Positions 1-9,598 of a stretch of 64,000 bases of DNA are shown in pieces. Below the pieces are notes generated by a model that was given only the letters and a program-made list of their open reading frames with translations, was not told the origin of the DNA and did not search any database. Each line of letters starts with the position of its first letter. Position 1 is the first letter of the stretch. Source of the stretch: a virus; the IMG/VR virus record IMGVR_UViG_3300025073_000042, positions 1 to 64,000 of that record. One strand, given 5' to 3'. The position numbers and the translations under genes were made by a program.

Positions 1-266
1 CGAGGGACAGAGGACTGTCCGGTTCGGTACTACGGCTTCTGCGCGTTGCAGGAAGGGCCGACCCAGACGGACTGCGAGACGTGCGAGATGAGCGACTGTT
101 TCAAGGGTGGAGGGCCTCCACTCGAAAGCGGCTGCCGGATGTTCTGGGAGTGCGCCTACATGGAGCAGAAGGCGGAGACGCAGACCTGCCCTCTCTTGCT
201 GTCCTGGTTCGCGGAACTGCTGGCAGATGCCAAGGTTCACATCCCGAGCGCGGAGGAGCTGACGAC

Positions 267-614
267 ATGAGCGCCACGAAGCCCGAGGTCATCGTGGTCG
301 AGCGAGCGGAGGGGTGCGACTGCGGAACCATCGACCTCTTCGGCGGCATGTCCCGCCTTGGCCGCTGGAACTTCGGAGACTTCGGAGGAAGGTTCGTCCC
401 ATGCCCCCACGGTTCCGTCGCCCGCGACCTGCGGGCCGAGGACATCCCGGCGGGACTCGTAGCCCTGAAGTTGGAGGCGTTGGCCGACCAGATGAAGCAA
501 CGAGGCGCGACCTACCCGACAACCCTGGACAAGCTCCAAGAGCGCGATGACGCGCGGTTGTTGGTGAAGGCCGCCCGTCGCGTCCGCGAGGCCGAGAAGG
601 GAGCCGCGACATGA
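267..614 (+). CDS. hypothetical phage protein
   Basis: ATG 267 after GGAGGAG; ATGA overlaps with neighbours. Confidence 0.6.
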   Translation: MSATKPEVIVVERAEGCDCGTIDLFGGMSRLGRWNFGDFGGRFVPCPHGSVARDLRAEDIPAGLVALKLEALADQMKQRGATYPTTLDKLQERDDARLLVKAARRVREAEKGAAT

Positions 615-910
615 GCGAGTGCGCCGTTCGCGTCTGCGCCAACCATCCGAAGCACACCGTTGTGCAGCAACAGGACCGCGACGGAACCAGCCCGCGGGTC
701 GAAGTCGAGTGCTTCACGCCACATTTCACAGTGGGGGAGGTGCAGACTGAGTTCGCCGCTGGAGACCACAAGCACCTGTACTGGAGCAGCGCCTGGGCTA
801 CAACCCCACAGGCTATTGTGACCTGCGCGAACTACAAGCGGTGTTCCGGCTGTGAGCGTTGCCAGCCGCTGCCCGAGTGGTTTGCGCGGCAGAAGGGGGT
901 ACCGGAGTGA
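611..910 (+). CDS. Cys/His-rich hypothetical protein, paralog of 22595..22885
   Basis: CxxHPxH...VxCF...CxxYxxCSGCxxCQPLPxW shared with the 22595 ORF. Confidence 0.7.
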   Translation: MSECAVRVCANHPKHTVVQQQDRDGTSPRVEVECFTPHFTVGEVQTEFAAGDHKHLYWSSAWATTPQAIVTCANYKRCSGCERCQPLPEWFARQKGVPE

Positions 911-1572
911 CCCCGCCCCGCGGCATCACCTCCGCCGACCTGGAAGGCCTCGGCTTCGTTCGCGGCGCCGACGGCATTGCCCGGCGCGTCGAGCGCATCG
1001 AAGCGCCGTCGCCGCGCGGGACGTTCGTCGGGATCGACCCCAGCCTCAAGAACCTCGGGCTGGCGGTCGTTTGGTCGGCACAGCAGCTCGCCGCGACGAA
1101 GTACGTCGGCCTGCCCTCCGCGCGCCGCAAGGGCGAGGACGAAGCAGCGTTCCTGACCCGGAGGCTGGGGCTTCTGCTCGAAGCCGTGCGCGCCTGGGTT
1201 GTGGAGGCGCGCGCGGGGATTGGCGGGCCGGTGACGGTGCTCGTCGAGGGCGCGAAGCCGCTCCACGGGCGGCGCGTCTCGCGGGACACGCTCCCGAAGC
1301 TGGGGACAGCGGTCGGGGTCTGCTGGGCGGCGGCCGCGCTCCACGCGGACGAGGCGCTGTGGGTTCCGCCGGACTGGACGTGGGAGGTTCTCTGCCGCCG
1401 GGCGAAGGGCGGAGCCGGGAAGTCCGATCGCTGGGCCATCGCCGAGGCTGTGCTGCGCGAGGCCGGGATCTCCTGGCCGTTGCCGCCTCCGGCGGGGATC
1501 GACGCTCGCGATCCACAATCCCACGAAGCCGACGCGCTGACGTTGTGCGCGGCGAAACTCGCAGTGACCTGA
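907..1572 (+). CDS. RuvC-like Holliday junction resolvase
   Basis: VGIDPSLKNLGLAV, VLVEG and HEADAL acidic motifs; GTG 907 overlaps the upstream stop. Confidence 0.8.
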   Translation: MTPPRGITSADLEGLGFVRGADGIARRVERIEAPSPRGTFVGIDPSLKNLGLAVVWSAQQLAATKYVGLPSARRKGEDEAAFLTRRLGLLLEAVRAWVVEARAGIGGPVTVLVEGAKPLHGRRVSRDTLPKLGTAVGVCWAAAALHADEALWVPPDWTWEVLCRRAKGGAGKSDRWAIAEAVLREAGISWPLPPPAGIDARDPQSHEADALTLCAAKLAVT

Positions 1573-1586
1573 GAGGAGGCTTGACC

Positions 1587-2204
1587 ATGATCGAGCCGAA
1601 GCAGTCGCCCGCCGACCCGCGTCAGAACGCCACGTGCGCCCTCGTCGGGATCGTTGTCCTCGCAGTCCTGTTCTTTGGGCTGCTCCTCGGCCCGTGCTCG
1701 AAGGCGCGCCCGGCTGAGTGGGCCGTAGAGTCGCAGCGCATCCTCGCCGGACCTGACCGGCTGAAGGCCGACCTCGTGCGGCAGGCGCTCGCGCATGAGG
1801 CGAAGCCGAAGGACTGTCGCTTCACGCTGTACCATCCCCGCGAGTCAGTTTGGCAGGGCATCGGGTCCTACCTGAATTGGGTTGGGACCGCGACCGGAAC
1901 GAAGGTCAAGCCGGGAGTCGCGTCCTGCACTGTCGCCAACCGCGACCTCTACATGCGTTTCGACCGCCGCCTCGGATGGCTCCGCGCGTGGATGTGGGTA
2001 GAGGGCTATGGCGTATGTCGCGTCGAGGATGTGTTCCCTGGTTTCTCCGACCCGAGCCTCTTCGACCTCGCCTCTCCAGGCCCACCCTACGGATACCAGG
2101 AGTGGCTTGACTCGACGGAGCGGGCGCGGTACGCCTACGACTTCGGAAGTCGCCGGTCAACGGTGGTCATTATCAAGCCTGTCGGGGGCTGGGAGCAGGA
2201 CTGA
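1587..2204 (+). CDS. Membrane-anchored 3D (MltA-like) domain protein, divergent
   Basis: N-terminal TM; TATGT..PG, VEGYG.CRVED, FDL, DFGSRRSTVVI resemble the 3D domain pattern; RBS GAGGAGG. Confidence 0.55.
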   Translation: MIEPKQSPADPRQNATCALVGIVVLAVLFFGLLLGPCSKARPAEWAVESQRILAGPDRLKADLVRQALAHEAKPKDCRFTLYHPRESVWQGIGSYLNWVGTATGTKVKPGVASCTVANRDLYMRFDRRLGWLRAWMWVEGYGVCRVEDVFPGFSDPSLFDLASPGPPYGYQEWLDSTERARYAYDFGSRRSTVVIIKPVGGWEQD

Positions 2205-2256
2205 CCGCGCACGACCGCCTGCTGTCGGCTTGGTGGGCGAAACTGGAGGGGAGACC

Positions 2257-2463
2257 ATGACGAAGCTGCTCGGTTGTCTCGGATTTGCGGCGGCAGCATC
2301 CCTGTTCTTCGGATGGGTATTCATGCTGCTGTGGAACTGGATCGTAGTCGAGGTATTCCACGCCCCCGTGCTTACGCTATGGCAGGCATGGGGATTGTGG
2401 TTCCTGGTCTGTCTCGTAGGGAGTGTGTTCCGAAGTCATGCTTCGTCGGCGGAGGGAGGCTGA
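2257..2463 (+). CDS. small two-TM membrane protein
   Basis: hydrophobic ORF with RBS GGAGGGG. Confidence 0.65.
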   Translation: MTKLLGCLGFAAAASLFFGWVFMLLWNWIVVEVFHAPVLTLWQAWGLWFLVCLVGSVFRSHASSAEGG

Positions 2464-2479
2464 CCCCCTGATCGACCCC

Positions 2480-2704
2480 ATGCAGGCCTTCGCGACTGGA
2501 CTATCGCTGATCGGCCTCGTGCTCAACGTGTTCAAGCGCAGATCGTGCTTCCTCGTGTGGCTCGCGAGCAACGTGCTCTTGGCAGCATGGGCGGCGGACC
2601 GGGCGGCCTGGGGGATGGTCGCCACGCAGGTCGCGTTCGCAGTCATCAGCGCATGGGGGTTCGTGACGTGGAGAGGCGCGCAACCGAAGGGAGGCCGACC
2701 ATGA
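2480..2704 (+). CDS. PnuC-like small membrane protein
   Basis: three TM segments with LN..K..CF..W..SN and ..GF..W pattern typical of phage PnuC-like proteins. Confidence 0.55.
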   Translation: MQAFATGLSLIGLVLNVFKRRSCFLVWLASNVLLAAWAADRAAWGMVATQVAFAVISAWGFVTWRGAQPKGGRP

Positions 2705-3531
2705 GACCAGACCCGCACGAGCCACAGATGCACATGAGCAAAGCGTCGGTTGCCGAAGCGCACATTCCGCCTTGGCAGCGCGCCGTTGCCGCGTTCCTTG
2801 AATGGTGGCGCGCCCGGTGGCAGGCCGTCCCGGATGGGGAGTGCGCGAACTGCCCGGTGGAGCGCGAGAAGACGCGCATCTGGCAGGAGCGCGCAGAGGA
2901 GTGGGCGATGGACAACCTGCGTCTGGAGGAGCTGCTCGCAACCGAACAGATGAAGAGCACGCCCAGGCTGGGTTGCTGGGACGATGACCCAATCATGGGT
3001 CCGGTGATGCGCGAGGCCTACTTCGACGAGAAGCCCGTCATCGACGCCGACCTCGCGGTAGCGAGCGATACGCCGCTGCTTAGAGCCCCCCTGTGGAAAG
3101 CGTCGCCCAACGAGTGGGCTGCGCCTTCCGCCGCCGACCGCGCAGCCCCGCGCCCTTGTCTTGAATGCGGAACCTACGTTCCCGCCTCGGCTGGTGAGTG
3201 GCCGAGGTGCCCGAAGTGCGGCACCCCGTTGCCAAGTGCGAGGGAGTACCGCGAGAGGCGTATCGTATCCGCCGCTGACCGTTCCGCCGCGAGGCGGGAG
3301 GGACACGCGCTGAAGTGGCCGGAGGAACAGGCGGCCAAGCCTCGCCCGCTACCGCCGATCATGCGGTACGCGACCGCCCGAAGACGCGAGGCGGAGACGG
3401 GCATCCCGGTGGGCAAGTCCGCGATGTTCCGGGGGCCGGGTTGCACGAGGAGAGACGGCAAGCCCGCGATCACGACCGCCGAGATCATGGCGCGGGTCAG
3501 AGGGGAGGTCTCCCGATGCTCCGACGCCTGA
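2701..3531 (+). CDS. hypothetical protein with zinc ribbon
   Basis: CLECG...CPKCG; ATGA overlap. Confidence 0.6.
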   Translation: MRPDPHEPQMHMSKASVAEAHIPPWQRAVAAFLEWWRARWQAVPDGECANCPVEREKTRIWQERAEEWAMDNLRLEELLATEQMKSTPRLGCWDDDPIMGPVMREAYFDEKPVIDADLAVASDTPLLRAPLWKASPNEWAAPSAADRAAPRPCLECGTYVPASAGEWPRCPKCGTPLPSAREYRERRIVSAADRSAARREGHALKWPEEQAAKPRPLPPIMRYATARRREAETGIPVGKSAMFRGPGCTRRDGKPAITTAEIMARVRGEVSRCSDA

Positions 3532-3698
3532 AAGACCTGCTACTGGTCCCGCTGGACTTCCTGGCCTTGCTGGTCCTCTACATCGCCTACCGCGGCGGGG
3601 TACCGGAGGACTACGATGCTTGAGCAACCCGAGGACTACGCGGTTTGCTTGGTCTTCTGGGGCGCGACGGGTTATCTCGCGTGGAGGTGGCTGACGAG

Positions 3699-3950
3699 AT
3701 GACCGACCTCCCCGCCCGCTTCGCCAAGCTCCGCCTGCTCCGCGACACCGCCGCCGCGAATGCGCGGATCGCGCAGGAGGATCACGCCGCCCTGGAGGCT
3801 CGCGCGAAGGCCGGCCACACGGTCCTCGCCTCCGAGTGGACTCAGGTCGCCGAACGCCTCGCGCGGAGGCGCGCGGCGAGGGACGCCTACCAGTTGGCGG
3901 TAGAGGTCGTGGGCGCGGACGAGGAGGGCGCGGATGCCGCCGCAACCTGA
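3699..3950 (+). CDS. hypothetical protein
   Basis: MTDLPARF after GGAGGTG. Confidence 0.5.
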   Translation: MTDLPARFAKLRLLRDTAAANARIAQEDHAALEARAKAGHTVLASEWTQVAERLARRRAARDAYQLAVEVVGADEEGADAAAT

Positions 3951-4488
3951 GAGGGCCACGATGGCTACGGGACACGCGCGAGGGAACACATTGCGGTGGT
4001 CGGAGACAGACCCAGTGTGGCGCTATGACGACGGGACCCCACTGCCGGGTGACCCATCTCGCGAACGGACTTGTGTGCGCTGCGGTCGGTCTCCGACGCC
4101 GGAAGGCCACGATGCCTGCCTTGAGACAATCCGCGGAGTCTCCTCAGCCTGCTGTGGGCATGGGGTAGATGATGCATACGTCGTCTATTCGCCCTCTGCG
4201 CGGGTCTGGATGCGCGACCGTTCCGAGTGCTACCACATGAGTCGATGCTGTGCCGAGTCGTCCTTCGGGTGGGGCGCCGTGGAGGACTGCGACGGGAATC
4301 AGATTTACTCGTGGCGCGAAGTCTCGCTGGGATGGGCTCGGCGGCGCGGAAAGCGGCCATGCGAGCGATGCGGTGCCAGGCTGCCGAAACCATCCGACCC
4401 CGATCTACTCAACCCGACCTTCCGCCCCGCGCGTGCGGGGCTGATGGAACCTGACGAGGCCGAGAGGCCGGAGGGAGAGACCGATTGA
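3934..4488 (+). CDS. Cys-rich hypothetical phage protein
   Basis: CxxCG..PTPEGHDACL...ACCGHG motif. Confidence 0.6.
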   Translation: MPPQPERATMATGHARGNTLRWSETDPVWRYDDGTPLPGDPSRERTCVRCGRSPTPEGHDACLETIRGVSSACCGHGVDDAYVVYSPSARVWMRDRSECYHMSRCCAESSFGWGAVEDCDGNQIYSWREVSLGWARRRGKRPCERCGARLPKPSDPDLLNPTFRPARAGLMEPDEAERPEGETD

Positions 4489-4754
4489 GCAAGATCGCTG
4501 AAAAGCTGTCTGGGCTGGCAGGAGTGTGGGACTTCGTGCTCCCCAAGATCATCGCAGAACTGAAGAAGCAGGCGAAGGACCTCGTGCTGTTCTGGGGCAT
4601 CGCCGATGACCTCGGAGCCGATCTGGACCTCGATGAAGCGGAGGGCTGGAAGGTCGTCCTCGCAGCCATCGAGTGGGTTGCGCTGCACGGGACGCCGACC
4701 GAGGAGAAGGTCGCACCGTTCCTACGGCGGAAGAAGCTGATCCCGGCGGCGTGA
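4485..4754 (+). CDS. hypothetical protein
   Basis: TTG start overlapping upstream stop; RBS GGAGGGAG. Confidence 0.55.
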   Translation: MSKIAEKLSGLAGVWDFVLPKIIAELKKQAKDLVLFWGIADDLGADLDLDEAEGWKVVLAAIEWVALHGTPTEEKVAPFLRRKKLIPAA

Positions 4755-5329
4755 ACGTCTTCCCGGCATGGAGGAGGGAGAGGGACGTTGAGGCCGAGGC
4801 TCCTCGTTGGCCCGAGGTGCGCCAACCGCCAAGAGACGAGCATCCCGCCCTCCTCCGGCCAGCCGGGTAAGTCTTCCGCCCGGCCGGTACGCGCACCTGG
4901 GGTAGGCCATCGGGCGGGCGAGTCCGGCGGAGGTCGTCCCTTGCGCAAGCGGGGGAGAGTGCTGCCTCTTACCGCCGACTACGACGCGAGGGCGGCCTCC
5001 GGGAAGCCGGGAGCGAGCGTAACTGACGGCTCCCCGGCCGTAAACTATCGCGCGGGCGCAGGGACGGCGGCTGGCGGCCATCCGGGCTCAGAAGCGGGTA
5101 ACGAGGCCCTCCGTTGATTCCGAGGGCACAGAATGGCTCAGACGCGGCGACGGACGCAGCTCCACACGCAGACCCTGGCGGCAACACCGATCACGGCAAC
5201 GGACGCGATGGGCCAGGCCCTCCGGGCGGTAGACGGAGGGTCTGGCGATTCCGGGCCCCTCCCAACAAGCCCTGATTCTTGGGGCTTTCCCGGCCTCCAA
5301 AAAAAAGTTGCTCTTCCCTGAAAAAAGGC

Positions 5330-5358
5330 TTGACACTCCGTTGACGTGGTGCTATAAT
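5330..5358 (+). promoter_or_regulatory. consensus sigma70 promoter with extended -10 and upstream A-tracts
   Basis: TTGACA(5330)-17 bp-TATAAT(5353), TG at 5350, A-tracts 5299-5326. Confidence 0.9.
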
Positions 5359-5719
5359 GGGTACAGTAAAACAGACCAGGGAGGCAGATAGATGGCACGC
5401 AAAAAGAAGCAAGCTGAGATGGCGCAGGCGCCAGCGATCCGCAGGACGGAGCTGTACAAGCAGCGGAGCGCATTGGCGAGCGGCAGTGCCGCAAGGTGCG
5501 GGATACGCTCTGCGGCATGAGCGATTGCCAGTGTGGGGGCGGCTACGGGGATGGGCCGGACCGGGATGGGGCGCACCTGGAGGGCGAGGACTGCGGCGAC
5601 CGGATGTGGTTACTCCCCGCGAAGGCCTGACCCGCACGCCCTGTTTCCTGCGCCCGGCGACGGACGCAGGGGAGAGGGAGCCGGTCAGACCCCTCAACCG
5701 CCGAGAGAGGTGATCCGCC

Positions 5720-6007
5720 GTGAGCGCCAATCCAAGCGCGAGAGCCGTCACCCGCTGCAAGCCGAGCTGGGCCCGAGGCCGCCCGAACGCCAAACCGAAG
5801 GCCCGCGACCTCAACCCCCTCCGCCGCCTCAAGCAGCACCTCCAGGGGCTTCCGCTGGAGGAACTCCTGGCCGAGGCCGACGAAGAGGCGTGCTGCATCC
5901 TCGTCCGACCGGCCGAGGGCACGCCCGTGCCGGCCGCTGAGTACGATTGGGCGAAGAACTGGCTGGGCTTGACGGACGAGGCCCGGCGGGCGGAGTGTGC
6001 GGCATGA
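5720..6007 (+). CDS. hypothetical protein
   Basis: GTG after GAGAGGTG. Confidence 0.55.
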   Translation: MSANPSARAVTRCKPSWARGRPNAKPKARDLNPLRRLKQHLQGLPLEELLAEADEEACCILVRPAEGTPVPAAEYDWAKNWLGLTDEARRAECAA

Positions 6008-6243
6008 CTACCTGCGACCGTTGCGGAAGCGAGCGACTCCTGCGGTTCAGTACGAAGTGCTCCGACCAGTGCTGGCTCGACGGAGCCGGGTTCGAGGACT
6101 ACGAGGGCTATGTTCCCGAGGGCGTCCTGCGGGGCGTTGACCCTGAACCGTGGCAAGGCGAAGACTACCTGACAGGGGAACTTTGTCTGGACTGCGGCAA
6201 GCTCCAAGGCGAGTTCCCGGCGCAGATCGAGGTGCCCGCATGA
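6004..6243 (+). CDS. Cys-rich hypothetical protein
   Basis: CDRCG...KCSD.C...CLDCG; ATGA overlaps at both ends. Confidence 0.6.
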   Translation: MTTCDRCGSERLLRFSTKCSDQCWLDGAGFEDYEGYVPEGVLRGVDPEPWQGEDYLTGELCLDCGKLQGEFPAQIEVPA

Positions 6244-7475
6244 CCCCGAAACACGCTGCGAGCCTCGTCCGTCAGGCCGCGAAGTGCACGGGCGGCAAGG
6301 GGAGCCCGGTCCCGCAGACCGGCCTTCTCGTTGAGCTGGACTCCGAGGGGCGAGCCCGGTTCACGGGCTGCGACTACGACACCTGCCTGACGACGTGGGA
6401 GGAGGGGTTCGCGGAACCGACCCCCACGGGCGCGGCCGTCGTGGACCCGCGCCTGCTGTTGGAGGTCCTCAGCAACCTGCCCGCCAAGCATGATGTCCCC
6501 GCTGACGTGATCCTGGGGGTCCCCGTGGACGGTTCCTGTCTCGTCGTGCAGTGGGCAGCCCGCCGGTTTGAGCTGCGCGCACAAGCACCGACCGCGTTCC
6601 AGACCCTACCCGAGGCGACCGGCGCCTTCTGTGCGTTGGAGCCCGAGGATCTCACGACCTTGGAGCGCGTGGCCGCGAGTTGCGGTTCCAGCGAGCTGCC
6701 TGGCCACGGCAACTCCTGCGTCCACCTCCTCCGCTGCGAGGATACGACCCTCGTCGCCGCGACGGACGGGCGCCGCATTGCATTCTGCCGCCGCCCGTTG
6801 AGCTGGGGCGGCGAGCCGCCGGCGACCGTGGCCGTGCCCGCCGACGCCCTGCGGATGCTGCGCGGAGTCAAGCCTGCCGAGGGGCACCCGACGCTACTCG
6901 TGGCCGATCCCCAGCGCATCACGTTCACCAACGGCTGCTTCACCCTCACCACGACCGCCGGGAACGGCGCCTCGGGGAGCGCGATTGAGAAGGTCCTGGC
7001 GAATCTGAAGCCTTACACCGCGACCGCCGGAGCCGACGCCGCCGAGCTGCGCGCCGTCCTCCTTCGGGCGGGAGTCGTGGCGCGCCGCGCCGACAACCGA
7101 GTGGACCTGGAGGAGCTGCCCGGCGGCAAGCTGGCCGTGGCCGCCGAGTGCAACTCAGAGGACACCCACACGCACTCCGTCACTGGCGACCGCTACACCG
7201 TCCTTGTGCAGGCGACCTTCTCCGAGGTCCTGGAGTCGGGCGAGTCCTATGCCGCGAAGCGCCTGCCGGTGGCCGTGGACTTCCGCTACCTGAAGGACTG
7301 CCTGCCGAAGTCCGGGGCCGTGATCCTGGGGTTCCAGGGCGACCTGATAGGTGTTGTGCCGGACGACGAGGACCCCGATCCGCTCTGCTGGATTGTGGCG
7401 CGGATGAAGACCGGGGCCGAGCTGAACGCCGAGAAGGCGGTTGGCGGGATGCGGGTACGCGACGAAGCCGCCTGA
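6240..7475 (+). CDS. DNA polymerase III beta sliding clamp homolog (divergent)
   Basis: FTGCDYD, GAAVVDPRLLLEVLSNLP, LVAATDGRRIA and AVDFRYLKDCL match DnaN blocks; ~410 aa. Confidence 0.8.
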   Translation: MTPKHAASLVRQAAKCTGGKGSPVPQTGLLVELDSEGRARFTGCDYDTCLTTWEEGFAEPTPTGAAVVDPRLLLEVLSNLPAKHDVPADVILGVPVDGSCLVVQWAARRFELRAQAPTAFQTLPEATGAFCALEPEDLTTLERVAASCGSSELPGHGNSCVHLLRCEDTTLVAATDGRRIAFCRRPLSWGGEPPATVAVPADALRMLRGVKPAEGHPTLLVADPQRITFTNGCFTLTTTAGNGASGSAIEKVLANLKPYTATAGADAAELRAVLLRAGVVARRADNRVDLEELPGGKLAVAAECNSEDTHTHSVTGDRYTVLVQATFSEVLESGESYAAKRLPVAVDFRYLKDCLPKSGAVILGFQGDLIGVVPDDEDPDPLCWIVARMKTGAELNAEKAVGGMRVRDEAA

Positions 7476-7528
7476 TGACGACACGGAGGGGCGCGGCTCC
7501 GGGAACAACGCGCAGAGAGGGGACTCCG

Positions 7529-7879
7529 ATGCGAAACCATGTCGCCGTCGAGGGCATCGAGATCGACTACCAGCCGCAGTACACGCAGCGCCCCTGGTTC
7601 GTGTTCGTGGCGCACACCGCCCCCCGCGGGAAGCGAACCCGCAAGACCGACGGCTGCTTCCCGACGCTGGACGAGGCGCGCGCCCGGAAGGGCGAGCTGA
7701 TGGAGCAGCGCCGCTGCCCCGGCTGGAGCACGCTGGCCGCCGCGAAGCGCGCGACGGACGAGGACTCTGTAACCGAACTCATAGCCGACGGCGCGACGCC
7801 CGAGGAGGCCTGGGCGCAGGTGGCCGAGTGGCGGGCAATGGCCGAGGACCCGACCGCCGGGATTGAGGGGGTGGTGTGA
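7529..7879 (+). CDS. hypothetical protein
   Basis: ATG after GAGAGGGG. Confidence 0.55.
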   Translation: MRNHVAVEGIEIDYQPQYTQRPWFVFVAHTAPRGKRTRKTDGCFPTLDEARARKGELMEQRRCPGWSTLAAAKRATDEDSVTELIADGATPEEAWAQVAEWRAMAEDPTAGIEGVV

Positions 7880-8274
7880 TGGAGTTGACCAGGTACGGAG
7901 GAAAGACCCGCGCCGCCTCCCGAACCACGTTGTGGAGGCGAAAGACTGGAAGGCTTCCCGGACGACCATTACCGCCCCCTCCGGACCCGGAGTGGGCAGA
8001 AACAAACCTGCTGCTATTGCAGCAGGCGGCCGAACGAGGCGCGCGGATCGCGCAACGGTTCGCGGTCCGGCGTTGGTCGCAAAGAGAGCAGGACAGCGAT
8101 GAGTTCGATGAACTGATCGCCGTTGCGCTCATGCGGCTTGTTGAGTCATCTGGATGGCCTCAGCGCACCAGTGTGCGTTGGTTGATCGCAGTGGCGCGAA
8201 ACGCGGTGCTATCACACTGGAGACAGCATATCATTGGCCCGGCAAAACGCCGGGCAGAAGGGGACCTAACATGA
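7876..8274 (+). CDS. sigma-70 region-2-like small protein
   Basis: DELIAVALMRLVES...RWLIAVARNAVLSHWR resembles ECF sigma region 2; no region 4. Confidence 0.5.
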   Translation: MMELTRYGGKTRAASRTTLWRRKTGRLPGRPLPPPPDPEWAETNLLLLQQAAERGARIAQRFAVRRWSQREQDSDEFDELIAVALMRLVESSGWPQRTSVRWLIAVARNAVLSHWRQHIIGPAKRRAEGDLT

Positions 8275-8960
8275 TTGCACTAAGGCCGTCCGCCTCTGTC
8301 ATTCAAGAGGCCCAAGACCAAGACATAGACATATCCGCGCTGTTCCCGTCAGCTTGTACGCAGTGCCTCGCCGGTGAACCTGTGATCGGGTTCGCCGGAC
8401 CTATTCCGGCTGCAATACCACGATGGACGCAGATCGGGGAGTGGATAGTGGAGGTATGTTCACTCCCCGCATTGCGGTGGAAGGCCACGACCAACGAGCG
8501 CTTGTATACGGCCCGTTGGTCGTGGGCGGAATATGGTACAGCAGGGGAAGGGAAACTCGACCTCCGCGCCCCTGAGCCCCTGGAAACGGGGCAGGTCTGG
8601 CTGCTGCGTGATGTTATACGCAGTAAGCTCCTCACGACGACCCCAGTGATAAAGGGGTCAGTCTACGGGGAACGTGTCGAACGCATTGTTGCCCCCCGCG
8701 AGAAGGCATCAGGGAGGGCAACGTGGTTGTTTGAACGTCGGCTTGAGTTTTGGCCGACGGAGGAAACTCAAACGCACCACCTCAAGTATGATGTGGTGCG
8801 GTCGAAGACAACCTTCTCGGGAGCAGGGAAGCAGTACGTGCGCCAATTACCTCTCCTGGCGGATGGTACTGCGGAGTGGCGTGTCTGGGGCGGGTATCGT
8901 TCCGGGCGCGCCTGGACGCAAGCGCGGCTGTCGGTTGTCCATCTGCTGGAGGTGGTCTGA
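8271..8960 (+). CDS. hypothetical protein (lower-GC segment)
   Basis: open frame coupled to neighbours. Confidence 0.55.
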   Translation: MIALRPSASVIQEAQDQDIDISALFPSACTQCLAGEPVIGFAGPIPAAIPRWTQIGEWIVEVCSLPALRWKATTNERLYTARWSWAEYGTAGEGKLDLRAPEPLETGQVWLLRDVIRSKLLTTTPVIKGSVYGERVERIVAPREKASGRATWLFERRLEFWPTEETQTHHLKYDVVRSKTTFSGAGKQYVRQLPLLADGTAEWRVWGGYRSGRAWTQARLSVVHLLEVV

Positions 8961-9157
8961 TGGGCCGCCACCGGATGCTGCCCGACGGCGAGCTGATGGT
9001 CGCCCATCGCGTCTACCTCCGCCCCGCCGAGGACCTCGCCCTGCGCGCCGAGGTCGTCCGGCGACGGACGGCCGGCGAGTCTGAGCGGGCGAGCTACTCC
9101 GCCGTCGTGAGGGACCTGATCCGCGCGGCGCTCGTGGCGCCGGAGGCCCAGGCATGA
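8960..9157 (+). CDS. ribbon-helix-helix-like DNA-binding protein
   Basis: beta strand VYL followed by helices, SYSAVVRDLIR. Confidence 0.5.
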   Translation: MGRHRMLPDGELMVAHRVYLRPAEDLALRAEVVRRRTAGESERASYSAVVRDLIRAALVAPEAQA

Positions 9158-9387
9158 GCTTCCTCGTCCGCGTCTCCTGGCCCGAGGACGACGGCCACTT
9201 GGCGCAGATGCCGGATGGTTCCGTGGGGATTGCTCCACGCGGCGACGGGAGGCCGTTGGCTTTCCGCGAAGAGTGGCGCGCCGCGGCGGCTGCCGCGCTC
9301 TGGGCTCCCGGCATTGACGCCGTGCAGCGAGAGCAGGGGATCGAACCGAACCACACGTTCCGCATCGAGAGGAGTGACCCGACATGA
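9154..9387 (+). CDS. hypothetical protein
   Basis: ATGA-coupled small ORF. Confidence 0.5.
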   Translation: MSFLVRVSWPEDDGHLAQMPDGSVGIAPRGDGRPLAFREEWRAAAAAALWAPGIDAVQREQGIEPNHTFRIERSDPT

Positions 9388-9596
9388 GCCCCGCAGAGCA
9401 GGCCCTCACATGGGGGCTGGCGATGCTCGTCCTGATGGGGGCGTGCCTCGGCTGGATCCCGGCCGGACGGGCGCGCCGATCCCTGGTCGTGGCGGTAGCG
9501 CTCGTGGCGCTGCTGTGGTTTGCGGCCCTCGTCGTGTGCGGCGGGCCGATCCTGGACGCGGGCTTCGCGGCCAACGTCCCGCAGGAGGTGAGGTAG
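9384..9596 (+). CDS. small two-TM membrane protein
   Basis: hydrophobic segments, ATGA coupling. Confidence 0.55.
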   Translation: MSPAEQALTWGLAMLVLMGACLGWIPAGRARRSLVVAVALVALLWFAALVVCGGPILDAGFAANVPQEVR

Positions 9597-9598
9597 CC

